DNA of 64,000 nt from Clostridia bacterium. GTDB taxonomy: Bacteria; Bacillota; Clostridia; Christensenellales; RUG350. Positions within the stretch are counted from its first letter, which is position 1. Every line of letters begins with the position of its first letter. Both the position numbers and the translations under genes were made by a program. The notes under the pieces are model-generated. The model was not told the DNA's origin, made no database searches, and saw only the letters and a list, made by a program, of their open reading frames with translations. Shown in pieces: positions 40,077-47,891 of this stretch. The DNA lies in contig JAGBSX010000004.1 in NCBI GenBank assembly GCA_017631635.1, positions 1,692-65,691 of the forward strand, in the 5' to 3' direction.

Positions 40077-40862
40077 TTATTTTCTCTCCCTTAACCTTAA
40101 CCTTCTAAAAAATGTTGCTCTACTTATTTTTAATATCAAAGACGCTTGGTCTGCGGATATTTTCCCATGCAAATAATCATTTGCAACTCTATCAAAGAGT
40201 AATGGATCAATTTTTATTTGTCCACGACCTTTATAAACATTTTGTTCTTTCGCTTTTTCTATTCCACACCTTCTAAGCCTTTTTTTGCGCTCAAATTCAC
40301 GGATATACATCGGCATTAAAAGTCTGTAATAGTAAAGGCGAGATTTGTCGTCTATTATAATATCATCAGCATAAAGATAATCGCCAAAGCAAATAATTTC
40401 AAGCAATTTTTTATTGAGACTATCCGACCTTCTTACCAAATCGTACATAGAGCGCTCTTTATAACTAACAGCATCTTTACCGTCAAAAGGCATAACGAAA
40501 AATCTATCGCCTGAATATCTCTTGTTTGTTTTAATGAGCCATTCTAAGCGGTTCAATGCTTGCATACCGCTTTCTTCCATCAACGCCCACAAATCTTCAC
40601 GATGTTCACTTGGCGTTCTTTCCTCAATAAAAGTGGGAACTATATTCTTACGTTCATATACGGCTCTTTTCAAACTCAAATCAAGTCCGGGAATACCCTG
40701 AAATAAGTGGTCAGGCAACATATCAATAACGTTATAAAATGGACGAAATATATAGTTAAATGCACCGTCTTCCCATTCTTCATATTCAATTTTAGCAATT
40801 TTGTAAATGAACTTATAATCGTCTTCAAGACAGATAAAGCCCATTGTAGTTAACTTTCTCAT
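40077..40862 (-). CDS. HipA-N-terminal/HipS-like protein fused to a serine-resolvase-type C-terminal arm and HTH
   Basis: N-terminal PTFIEERTP..HREDLWALM...NRLEWLIKTN..YSGDRF. C-terminal EFERKKRLRRCGIEKAKEQNVYKGR...ISRATFFRRL. Confidence 0.65.
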   Translation of the reverse strand: MRKLTTMGFICLEDDYKFIYKIAKIEYEEWEDGAFNYIFRPFYNVIDMLPDHLFQGIPGLDLSLKRAVYERKNIVPTFIEERTPSEHREDLWALMEESGMQALNRLEWLIKTNKRYSGDRFFVMPFDGKDAVSYKERSMYDLVRRSDSLNKKLLEIICFGDYLYADDIIIDDKSRLYYYRLLMPMYIREFERKKRLRRCGIEKAKEQNVYKGRGQIKIDPLLFDRVANDYLHGKISADQASLILKISRATFFRRLRLRERK

Positions 40863-40863
40863 T

Positions 40864-41721
40864 TTATTTCTCCGTTAATTTCTTGTAAGCGGGGAGCAAT
40901 ATTTTTTCAAATCTTTGTCTTAATATATATTTGTAAAATTCTTTATGGGTATCGGTTAAAAACGTGGTTTCGTCAATCAATTCGTCGATTTTTTTTTGCG
41001 AATATCTTTCACATATTTTTATAACCGCTTCATTACATTCCTGAAACTCTAATGAATTAATTACTTCAAAATACGAACTCTTTTTGCCGTTTAATTGAAC
41101 TTGCGACGTGGGGAATTTATAAATCCTTTCGTTTGTCATTTCTTCCGACTGCATAATTTGTTTCATCATATCATCATCTACAAGCTGAGAATAAAGTGAT
41201 GAGCCATTGTCAAAAACGGGGGCAAGTGTATATTTGTTGTTCTTTTTTAAGAATCCCCAATTCCCACCGTGTCTATCAAAGTTGCCAATTAATGCGTCTA
41301 CAACGTAAATATCCCAAAACATACTTATCGTTTCTTGAACGTTTGTAAGTTTTACATTATCTCGAAGCATTTGCATTATATCTTGATAGGAATATTGATA
41401 GGTTTCCTTGTCTTGTTCAAGCGAACTTTCGCCAACATCGTTAAAGGGCACGAATTGCGTTTCGCCGTTAATAAAATTTTTGCACGCCACAACTTGCTCG
41501 CCATTGTATAATCCAAGATAGGTGTCTTGCGTTTCAAAGCCAAGCAACTCAAAAATATGCGAGCCGACGTACTCAGAGATGTGATTAAGACGTTTTACAC
41601 CGAAATTTGTTTGCTTTTGAAATTTAATCATATATTCAAAGCCGTCAACATTTACGCCAAATTTACGTTCTGTTCCACCGTAATATGTGTTAGTTCTTTC
41701 GTATTTTGAAAAGTCTATCAT
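40864..41721 (-). CDS. HipA-like / CtkA-family Ser/Thr kinase
   Basis: YYGGTERKFGV, YMIKF, SEYVGSHIF, IGNFDRHGGNWG and APVFDNGSSL motifs. Confidence 0.85.
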   Translation of the reverse strand: MIDFSKYERTNTYYGGTERKFGVNVDGFEYMIKFQKQTNFGVKRLNHISEYVGSHIFELLGFETQDTYLGLYNGEQVVACKNFINGETQFVPFNDVGESSLEQDKETYQYSYQDIMQMLRDNVKLTNVQETISMFWDIYVVDALIGNFDRHGGNWGFLKKNNKYTLAPVFDNGSSLYSQLVDDDMMKQIMQSEEMTNERIYKFPTSQVQLNGKKSSYFEVINSLEFQECNEAVIKICERYSQKKIDELIDETTFLTDTHKEFYKYILRQRFEKILLPAYKKLTEK

Positions 41722-41771
41722 ATAATCTCCTCAATAAATCAATAGGGTTATGTTTCTATTTTGACACAATA

Positions 41772-41800
41772 ACAATAACACATATTAGAAGTAATGTCAA
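41772..41800 (-). promoter_or_regulatory. promoter of the kinase operon
   Basis: TTGACA (41800-41795), 17 nt spacer, TATTGT with TG extension. Confidence 0.55.
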
Positions 41801-41814
41801 GCAATTATGGTGTC

Positions 41815-41848
41815 TGTATCAATAGAATTATAAATTTATTTTGATACA
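41815..41848. promoter_or_regulatory. res-site-like inverted repeat
   Basis: TGTATCAA-N18-TTGATACA with TTATAA near the centre. Confidence 0.4.
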
Positions 41849-42059
41849 TTTTGTTATTTTTAGCTTAAAAGATATTTGTGCATAGAAAAAGAACTTAGAT
41901 TTTACGTCTAAGTTCTAACTTTCTCTGATTCACCCAAAATATTGTATTCCTATGATGATTTTTATTTGTCTTTCAAAATCCCTATAAAATACACCGAGCC
42001 AAAAGTGGTTTTTATCAGCAGTTCATCAGGTTCGTATTCTCTCGATTCATTTCTATATC

Positions 42060-42091
42060 AAAATATCCCCTCTACTGCGAGGGGATATTTT
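42060..42091 (-). terminator. terminator downstream of tRNA-Thr
   Basis: Stem AAAATATCCCC/GGGGATATTTT. Confidence 0.8.
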
Positions 42092-42095
42092 GATA

Positions 42096-42171
42096 TGGAG
42101 CTGGTGACGGGACTTGAACCTGCGACCTGCTGATTACGAATCAGCTGCACTACCGACTGTGCTACACCAGC
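42096..42171 (-). tRNA. tRNA-Thr(CGT)
   Basis: GCTGGTGTAGCACAGTCGGTAGTGCAGCTGATTCGTAATCAGCAGGTCGCAGGTTCAAGTCCCGTCACCAGCTCCA: full cloverleaf, anticodon loop TT-CGT-AA, encoded CCA. Confidence 0.96.
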
Positions 42172-42224
42172 ATTTACTATATTTTACTTTTGTTTAGATA
42201 TACTTTCTTCTCTTCGCTATATTC

Positions 42225-42368
42225 TACGAATCAGCTGCACTTCGTCGCAATTCGTTCCTCTCTAGACTTTATCCTAAAGTCTAATTTTATGACGATTGCT
42301 CCTCTTTCCCACAAACCCACTTCGTTACGGTTTGCGTGAGCCCTATATTTGTGCTACACCAGCATTTA
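42225..42368 (-). pseudogene. partial duplicate of the tRNA-Thr 5' half, interrupted by a 108-nt palindromic insert
   Basis: 42225-42241 and 42350-42368 repeat the tRNA and its flank. The D-loop is replaced by an insert with hairpins TAGACTTT/AAAGTCTA and CAAACC/GGTTTG. Confidence 0.75.
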
Positions 42369-42405
42369 TTATATTTTATTGTATTGAGGCGTCATATGAT
42401 TAAAG

Positions 42406-42478
42406 TGCAGGCACCCGGATTCGCACGCGGGATTTCCTAGGGTTAAGTAGGTGTAATTCCTCTTATACGATAACCTGC
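42406..42478 (-). pseudogene. degenerate 73-nt tRNA-like element
   Basis: Acceptor-like GCAGGT(T)A/TGCCTGC plus A73, D-arm GTAT-AAGAGGAA-TTAC, anticodon-like CCTA/TAGG, T-like arm CCCG(C)G-TGCGAAT-CCGGG. Confidence 0.5.
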
Positions 42479-42515
42479 GTTTGTTTTTAGATTTTTCTCT
42501 CTAACAACGAAGATA

Positions 42516-42544
42516 ATTTTAGCATATTTTTTGCAAGTGAGCAA
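42516..42544 (-). promoter_or_regulatory. promoter of the tRNA locus
   Basis: TTGCTC-17-TAAAAT with TG extension. Confidence 0.65.
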
Positions 42545-42547
42545 GTA

Positions 42548-42574
42548 AAATACGGTGCTTTTCGCACCGTATTT
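42548..42574 (-). terminator. terminator after the DivIVA-like gene
   Basis: Perfect 11-bp stem AAATACGGTGC/GCACCGTATTT. Confidence 0.75.
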
Positions 42575-42575
42575 G

Positions 42576-43130
42576 TCATATTAGTCCCAAATCTCTACAT
42601 ATATCCTCTAGATTATCCTCTGGGTGTAGAGCCTCGTCTATATCAAAGTGTCCTATGTCGTCCACCTTGACCTCTGGCATTATAGAGGTCATATGCAGGT
42701 CGTCTTTCATCACGCTCACCAAGTCGCACTCTACCTCGTGCATCACTCTAGCGAAGGCTTTGAGTTCGTCATCTATATCGCTACGAGTGGCTAGGTCTGC
42801 GTAGAAGTTGAGCCACTTTCGTTCAAATTGCTTGAGTCTCTGTACTGCTAGAGCGTATCTAGCGAGTATGGCTTTGTCTACCTCTTCGGCTTTCTCGGCG
42901 CTATACTCTATGGCTCTACCCACCGACGCCTCCTTGCGTCTAAGGTCTCTCACCTCTTCGACAAGTTCGATATTCATTTTCTTGAGTTCGTCTATACGCT
43001 CCTGCTGATGAGAGAGTTTGGTCTCATAATCTCTCTTGATTAGACCTATATATTCCTCTACCTCTACAGGGTCGTAGCCTCGCTTGGCTATAGAAAATTT
43101 CATATTTTTACCATCCATTATTTTCTTCAT
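42576..43130 (-). CDS. DivIVA-domain coiled-coil protein
   Basis: FSIAKRGYDPVEVEEYI is the DivIVA signature, followed by a coiled coil. Confidence 0.8.
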   Translation of the reverse strand: MKKIMDGKNMKFSIAKRGYDPVEVEEYIGLIKRDYETKLSHQQERIDELKKMNIELVEEVRDLRRKEASVGRAIEYSAEKAEEVDKAILARYALAVQRLKQFERKWLNFYADLATRSDIDDELKAFARVMHEVECDLVSVMKDDLHMTSIMPEVKVDDIGHFDIDEALHPEDNLEDICRDLGLI

Positions 43131-43183
43131 TATCTCCTATTTCGCTTGTCGAATACTGTGACAATATCTCCGATATTGTCTGA

Positions 43184-44608
43184 TTATAAATCTTGGCTAG
43201 AGGAGAGCAATTTTCTCTTCTCCTCTCTCAAGGTGTCTGATAGGTCCACCTTGTATTCGTGAGGGTTGGATATACGCTTGTACTCCTCCCACAATTCATC
43301 TATAGACCTCTTGGCGTAGGCTATTATCTCATCGATACTAGGTCTATCGTACACTAGGCGACCACCTAGGTATATAGGTACGCTGAGTTCTCTCATCTCA
43401 TAATCTACGAAGGTAGTCTTCTTCCACGTCTCTAGTGGGTGTGTGATAGTCAATGGCTTGGTGACGTCGTACACCTCGTCTTTGAGTGCTATGAGGTCTG
43501 CGGCTGCCTTGCCGTCCTTGTATATACGGTACACAGTCTTGAATCCTGGGTTGGTGACCTTCTCTAGAGTGTCGCTCACTTTGATACGGTTGACCATACG
43601 ACCGTTTTCTTCGATAGCGGCTAATTTGTACACTCCACCTAGGCTAGGATTGTTGTGCGAAGTGATTAGTTTAGTACCGATACCATAGGTGTCTATCATA
43701 GCACCTTGGACGTTGAGCGAATTGATAACGAATTCGTCTATATCTCCAGATGCTATTATCTTGGCATTTGGATAGCCTGCATCATCTAGCATCTTGCGAG
43801 CCTTTTTGCTAAGATATGCTAGGTCTCCACTATCTAGTCTAATACCGACCGGCTCAAATCCTGCTAGTCTCAATTCGTCAAACACCTTGATAGCATTGGG
43901 TACACCACTCTTGAGAGTGTCGTAGGTGTCTACTAGTAGTACGCAACTATTTGGATATATGGCGGCATAGTTCCTAAATGCAGTCAATTCATCTCCAAAA
44001 CTCATTATCCAACTGTGTGCATGTGTGCCTGATACAGGTACTCCTAGTTCTTTGCCTGTCAATACGTTGGACGTGCCTACGCAACCACTAATCATAGCGG
44101 CTCTAGCGCCATAATATCCTGCATCTGGACCTTGCGCTCTGCGTAGTCCAAACTCCATAACTCCCTTGCCCCTAGCAGCATATACTATACGGCTAGCCTT
44201 GGAGGCTATGAGTGTCTGGTGGTTGAGTATATTTAGCAAGGTGGTCTCTAGTAGTTGAGCCTCAAACAATGGCGCTTTGATAGTCATGATAGGCTCGTAT
44301 GGAAATACTATAGTACCCTCTGGGACTGCATAGATATCTCCCGTGAACTTAAAGTCCTTGATTCTATCGAAAAAGTCCTCTCCAAAGGTATTGAGTCCTC
44401 TGAGGTACTCTATATCTTCGCTAGTAAATTTGATATTCTCTATATAATCTATCGCTTGCTCTAGTCCGCACGCTACGGCATAATTCATATGTGGTGTAGG
44501 ACGATAAAATATATCGAAGATAGCCTGTTTTTTGTCTAGGCCTGTCTTCATAAATCCATACATCATAGTAAGTTCGTAAAAGTCTGTAAGTAAAGTAAGA
44601 TTTCGCAT
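43184..44608 (-). CDS. pncB: nicotinate phosphoribosyltransferase
   Basis: LLTDFYELTM, EFGLRRAQG, GTHAHSW, LVDTYD and RLDSGDL motifs. Start moved to MRNLT. Confidence 0.95.
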   Translation of the reverse strand: MRNLTLLTDFYELTMMYGFMKTGLDKKQAIFDIFYRPTPHMNYAVACGLEQAIDYIENIKFTSEDIEYLRGLNTFGEDFFDRIKDFKFTGDIYAVPEGTIVFPYEPIMTIKAPLFEAQLLETTLLNILNHQTLIASKASRIVYAARGKGVMEFGLRRAQGPDAGYYGARAAMISGCVGTSNVLTGKELGVPVSGTHAHSWIMSFGDELTAFRNYAAIYPNSCVLLVDTYDTLKSGVPNAIKVFDELRLAGFEPVGIRLDSGDLAYLSKKARKMLDDAGYPNAKIIASGDIDEFVINSLNVQGAMIDTYGIGTKLITSHNNPSLGGVYKLAAIEENGRMVNRIKVSDTLEKVTNPGFKTVYRIYKDGKAAADLIALKDEVYDVTKPLTITHPLETWKKTTFVDYEMRELSVPIYLGGRLVYDRPSIDEIIAYAKRSIDELWEEYKRISNPHEYKVDLSDTLREEKRKLLSSSQDL

Positions 44609-44609
44609 A

Positions 44610-45146
44610 TCAATCCTCCTTGGTATATTCTTTGATAGATACCCTAGGTATCTCATAGCCGTCTGAATAATTAGCGTTTCTCTCTATCAATACAACGCTA
44701 ATCACTAGTAGTACTAGACCTCCTACCGCGATAATCCAACTGATAGTAGTGCCTATCATAAGTAGCACCACCATCAAGATAGAATATATGCTAGACCTGA
44801 GTACAAATCTAGATTTTGATACAAATATATAACTGCCTAGTAGAGTAAAGGTAAAGAAAGTAAATATCAATGGCCACACCACACTCATACCACCTATCAC
44901 GAAATATCCTGCCAACAAGGTAGTAGTTAGCGCTAGCCCTATTGAGCAAAATATGACAGCAGGACTATATCCTCTAGCGTAGCATCTAAATACGTACACT
45001 AGTGTGGTCAATGCGTACAATATACCTAGGTATAGAGTACTCTTGCCTACGGCAAAATCGACACCTACGGCATCTAGCACCACTATAGATATAGTGAGTA
45101 TCACGAGTAGTGATATGGCTAATATCGTCTTTAGATACTTCTTCAT
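44610..45146 (-). CDS. multi-pass membrane protein
   Basis: About six hydrophobic segments. Start MKKYLK. Confidence 0.7.
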   Translation of the reverse strand: MKKYLKTILAISLLVILTISIVVLDAVGVDFAVGKSTLYLGILYALTTLVYVFRCYARGYSPAVIFCSIGLALTTTLLAGYFVIGGMSVVWPLIFTFFTFTLLGSYIFVSKSRFVLRSSIYSILMVVLLMIGTTISWIIAVGGLVLLVISVVLIERNANYSDGYEIPRVSIKEYTKED

Positions 45147-46363
45147 AGTTCTCCTAGGCAAATAGCACCTGCCTTTCTAAACTTGAGCACACTCACGCTA
45201 GGAAATAGAGTGGACATATACTTCACGTACTCCTCCACGTACTTGTCTTCGCAAAAAGTAAGTATAGTCCCTGCGAATCCTCCTCCGTGTACTCTATAAC
45301 CTCTCACTCCTCTACATCTAGCAGATATGGTGAGTGCTAGAGGGATAAATTGGTCTACGTCGCCTGGTACGTAGCAGTTTTGTAGTAGTTGATACGAACT
45401 CATACCTGACTGCGTGAGAGTGTAATAAAACAAATCGTCACGATTGTCCACGACTGATTGGCGAGCCATATCTACCCTCTTGTTCTCCTCAAAGAAGTGC
45501 AAGGCTCTCATGATAGGTCTGCCACCCAACTTCTGCTTGAGTAGAGGTATACTCTCCTCAAACTTGGCGATAGGCACTCTCCTTAGGCAATCCTCACCCA
45601 ATTCACCTGCTACAGCCTCCATCTCTGCACGGATAGACGCGTAATGCTCCGTCAAGTCGCTATGGTCTCCACCTGTCGCTATGAGCACCATACTCACTCC
45701 CTCAAACTGGGGAGTCAATCTCTCTACTATAGGTTCTGCAGGGTTCTCAAAATCCATATAAGTCACCCCACCTGCCGCTATAGCAAACTGGTCTAGTAGT
45801 CCACAAGGCTTGCCAAAATATTCTACCTCTGCATAATGTGCCGCTTGAGCCAAAAACTCGTACGGTATGCTATCGTCATTGTATAGATAGGAGAGTATCT
45901 CTCCTACTAGCACCTCAAAGGCAGCCGAAGAAGACACTCCTGCACCCTTGGGGACGTTGCTATTCATAGTAGCGCAAAAGCCTCCTATACGCTTGCCGTG
46001 AGTGGCGAAGTAGTGCGCCACACCCTTGACTACTGCGATAGAAGTACCCTCTTCGCTATCTACTTTGGACAAATCCTCTAGATTTACCTCAAAAGGTGGA
46101 TATCCCTCGCTATTGATACGAATATATCCATCACACCTGCCGACTATCGCCATAATGTCTAGATTGATAGCACTAGCCATTACTTTGCCTCTATTGTGGT
46201 CGGTGTGATTGCCTACTAGTTCTACTCTGCCTGGTGAAGAAAAGATATATTCTCCTCTACCGTAGGTGGATAGGTGAATATCTGCCAAAGTCTCTGCTCT
46301 AGCGACGTCAGTAGCCGAACAGTTATCTATTATCTTGCTCTTAGTGGTCTCATTGATAATCAT
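45143..46363 (-). CDS. galK: galactokinase (GHMP kinase)
   Basis: SPGRVELVGNHTDH, PKGAGVSSSAA, GKPCGLLDQ and HGGGFAG motifs. Confidence 0.85.
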   Translation of the reverse strand: MIINETTKSKIIDNCSATDVARAETLADIHLSTYGRGEYIFSSPGRVELVGNHTDHNRGKVMASAINLDIMAIVGRCDGYIRINSEGYPPFEVNLEDLSKVDSEEGTSIAVVKGVAHYFATHGKRIGGFCATMNSNVPKGAGVSSSAAFEVLVGEILSYLYNDDSIPYEFLAQAAHYAEVEYFGKPCGLLDQFAIAAGGVTYMDFENPAEPIVERLTPQFEGVSMVLIATGGDHSDLTEHYASIRAEMEAVAGELGEDCLRRVPIAKFEESIPLLKQKLGGRPIMRALHFFEENKRVDMARQSVVDNRDDLFYYTLTQSGMSSYQLLQNCYVPGDVDQFIPLALTISARCRGVRGYRVHGGGFAGTILTFCEDKYVEEYVKYMSTLFPSVSVLKFRKAGAICLGEL

Positions 46364-46426
46364 ATTTGCTCCTAAAAAAATGACTTGTAAATGCTACAAG
46401 TCAGTTTTTGCCTAAAGTTATGTAAA

Positions 46427-46654
46427 TTACTTGTGGCTGTCGATATAGTTGACGATATCACCGATAGTCTTGAGACCTACGATATCCTCATCTGGTATGC
46501 TGATACCAAACTCGGTATCAAAGTTGCTGATAAGGATATATATATCCAAACTGTCAGCTTGCAAATCTGCTACGATATCGCTATCCATAGTGATTTGGTC
46601 TACGGTTATGCCTAATTGTTCTGCAAACAAGTTGCTTACTTTCTCAAATGTCAC
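46427..46654 (-). CDS. acpP: acyl carrier protein
   Basis: DLQADSLD phosphopantetheine motif in an acidic 75 aa protein. Confidence 0.9.
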   Translation of the reverse strand: MTFEKVSNLFAEQLGITVDQITMDSDIVADLQADSLDIYILISNFDTEFGISIPDEDIVGLKTIGDIVNYIDSHK

Positions 46655-46742
46655 AATAGTGTCCTCCGTGTGATTTTATATTATTTTATAATATACTATA
46701 TTGATTTTACTATATGGTATTTATGTTTGTCAACTATTTTGA

Positions 46743-47891
46743 CTATTTCTCTCTTTTTGGTGGTGATCCTAGATATTTGTACAAGGTACACCTCATCTCG
46801 CTATTGTATAGAGTTTGTTTCTTCACAGCACCTATACCTATAGCCTCCTCGGTATAAGGATATGCCGTGAGTAGATACATAGACCACTCCTCCAGCGACC
46901 TATACACTCTGCCCACCTCTTTATACAATGCATGCACTTGCTTGTCGGTGAGTAGTCTCTCTCCATAAGGAGGATTGGTGATGATGACACCGTGCTTGTA
47001 TCTACTGGACAACTCCCTCACGTCTTGTCGTTGAAAATGTATATATCTATCCACACCTGCTCTTCTCGCGTGATGCATAGCGATAGATATGCAGTTTTGG
47101 TCTATATCAAATCCACTTATGCGTAATTCTCTATCCTCCACGATATTGTCCTGTGCCTCTTGGCGCACTCTATCTATCTGTGTATCGACACCTCTATAGG
47201 ATAGATATTCAAAATCTCTATGTATATTTGGCGCTCTATGTGTGGCTATCATAGCGGCTTCGATAGGTATAGTACCCGATCCACAAAAGGGGTCTATCAG
47301 CACTCTATCCTCTCTCCATACGCTAGATAATATGATAGATGAGGCTAGTGTCTCTCTCAAGGGGGCTTTGACTGATAGGTCTCTATATCCTCTCTTGTTG
47401 AGAGATGAGCCTGATGTGTCTAGCGACACGGTGACTCTATCCTCTACTATGGAGACCTCTATAGTATACAACGGACCACTCTCATCTAGACTAATCAAAT
47501 GATATTGCTCTTTGAGTCTATCTACTATCGCCTTCTTGCTGACACTCTGTATACTAGACAATGCATATAGTTCGCTCTTGACACTCTTGGCTAGCGTGAC
47601 CACCTTGGCATCAGAGGGCAAAATATCTCTCCACGACATCTCTGTCAGTCTATCGTACAGTTCGTCAAAGGTGCTAGCGACAAATTGGGATAATACTATA
47701 TATATTCTATTTGCCGTACGCAGATTGACACTAAGCCTACCTAGGTCGTATATGCTACCTGTGGTAGAGACTCTGCCATAGTTGGCAGGTCCAGCCTCAT
47801 ATCCTAAGGATATGAGTTCTCTCTTGACTACCTGCTCCGAGCCTGATGCTACCGATACGTTGATATGTAATTGTCCATCAAATATACTCAC
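46743..47891 (-). CDS. rlmL: THUMP-domain 23S rRNA m2G2445 methyltransferase (RlmL/YpsC-like)
   Basis: LDTSGSSLNKRGYR, APLRETLA, DPFCGSGTI and TNPPYGERL motifs. Confidence 0.85.
   Translation of the reverse strand: MSIFDGQLHINVSVASGSEQVVKRELISLGYEAGPANYGRVSTTGSIYDLGRLSVNLRTANRIYIVLSQFVASTFDELYDRLTEMSWRDILPSDAKVVTLAKSVKSELYALSSIQSVSKKAIVDRLKEQYHLISLDESGPLYTIEVSIVEDRVTVSLDTSGSSLNKRGYRDLSVKAPLRETLASSIILSSVWREDRVLIDPFCGSGTIPIEAAMIATHRAPNIHRDFEYLSYRGVDTQIDRVRQEAQDNIVEDRELRISGFDIDQNCISIAMHHARRAGVDRYIHFQRQDVRELSSRYKHGVIITNPPYGERLLTDKQVHALYKEVGRVYRSLEEWSMYLLTAYPYTEEAIGIGAVKKQTLYNSEMRCTLYKYLGSPPKREK

Larger units (their letters stand above)
36580..41920. mobile_element. AT-rich accessory/defence island at the 3' side of tRNA-Thr (no integrase seen)
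   Basis: Abrupt shift to AT-rich, CTAG-poor DNA. Carries a HipA-like kinase pair, a GmrSD-type nuclease and DUF1810. Boundaries are approximate. Confidence 0.7.

Noticed and set aside
40077-40400. Functional serine resolvase
   Set aside because: Only the E-helix, arm and HTH are present. The N-terminal catalytic Y.RVS motif is absent.
41962-42056. Short minus-strand open frame YRNESREYEPDELLIKTTFGSVYFIGILKDK, and plus-strand ORF 41942-42133
   Set aside because: The first has no start codon or RBS and is at most a gene remnant. The second runs through a terminator and antisense to the tRNA.
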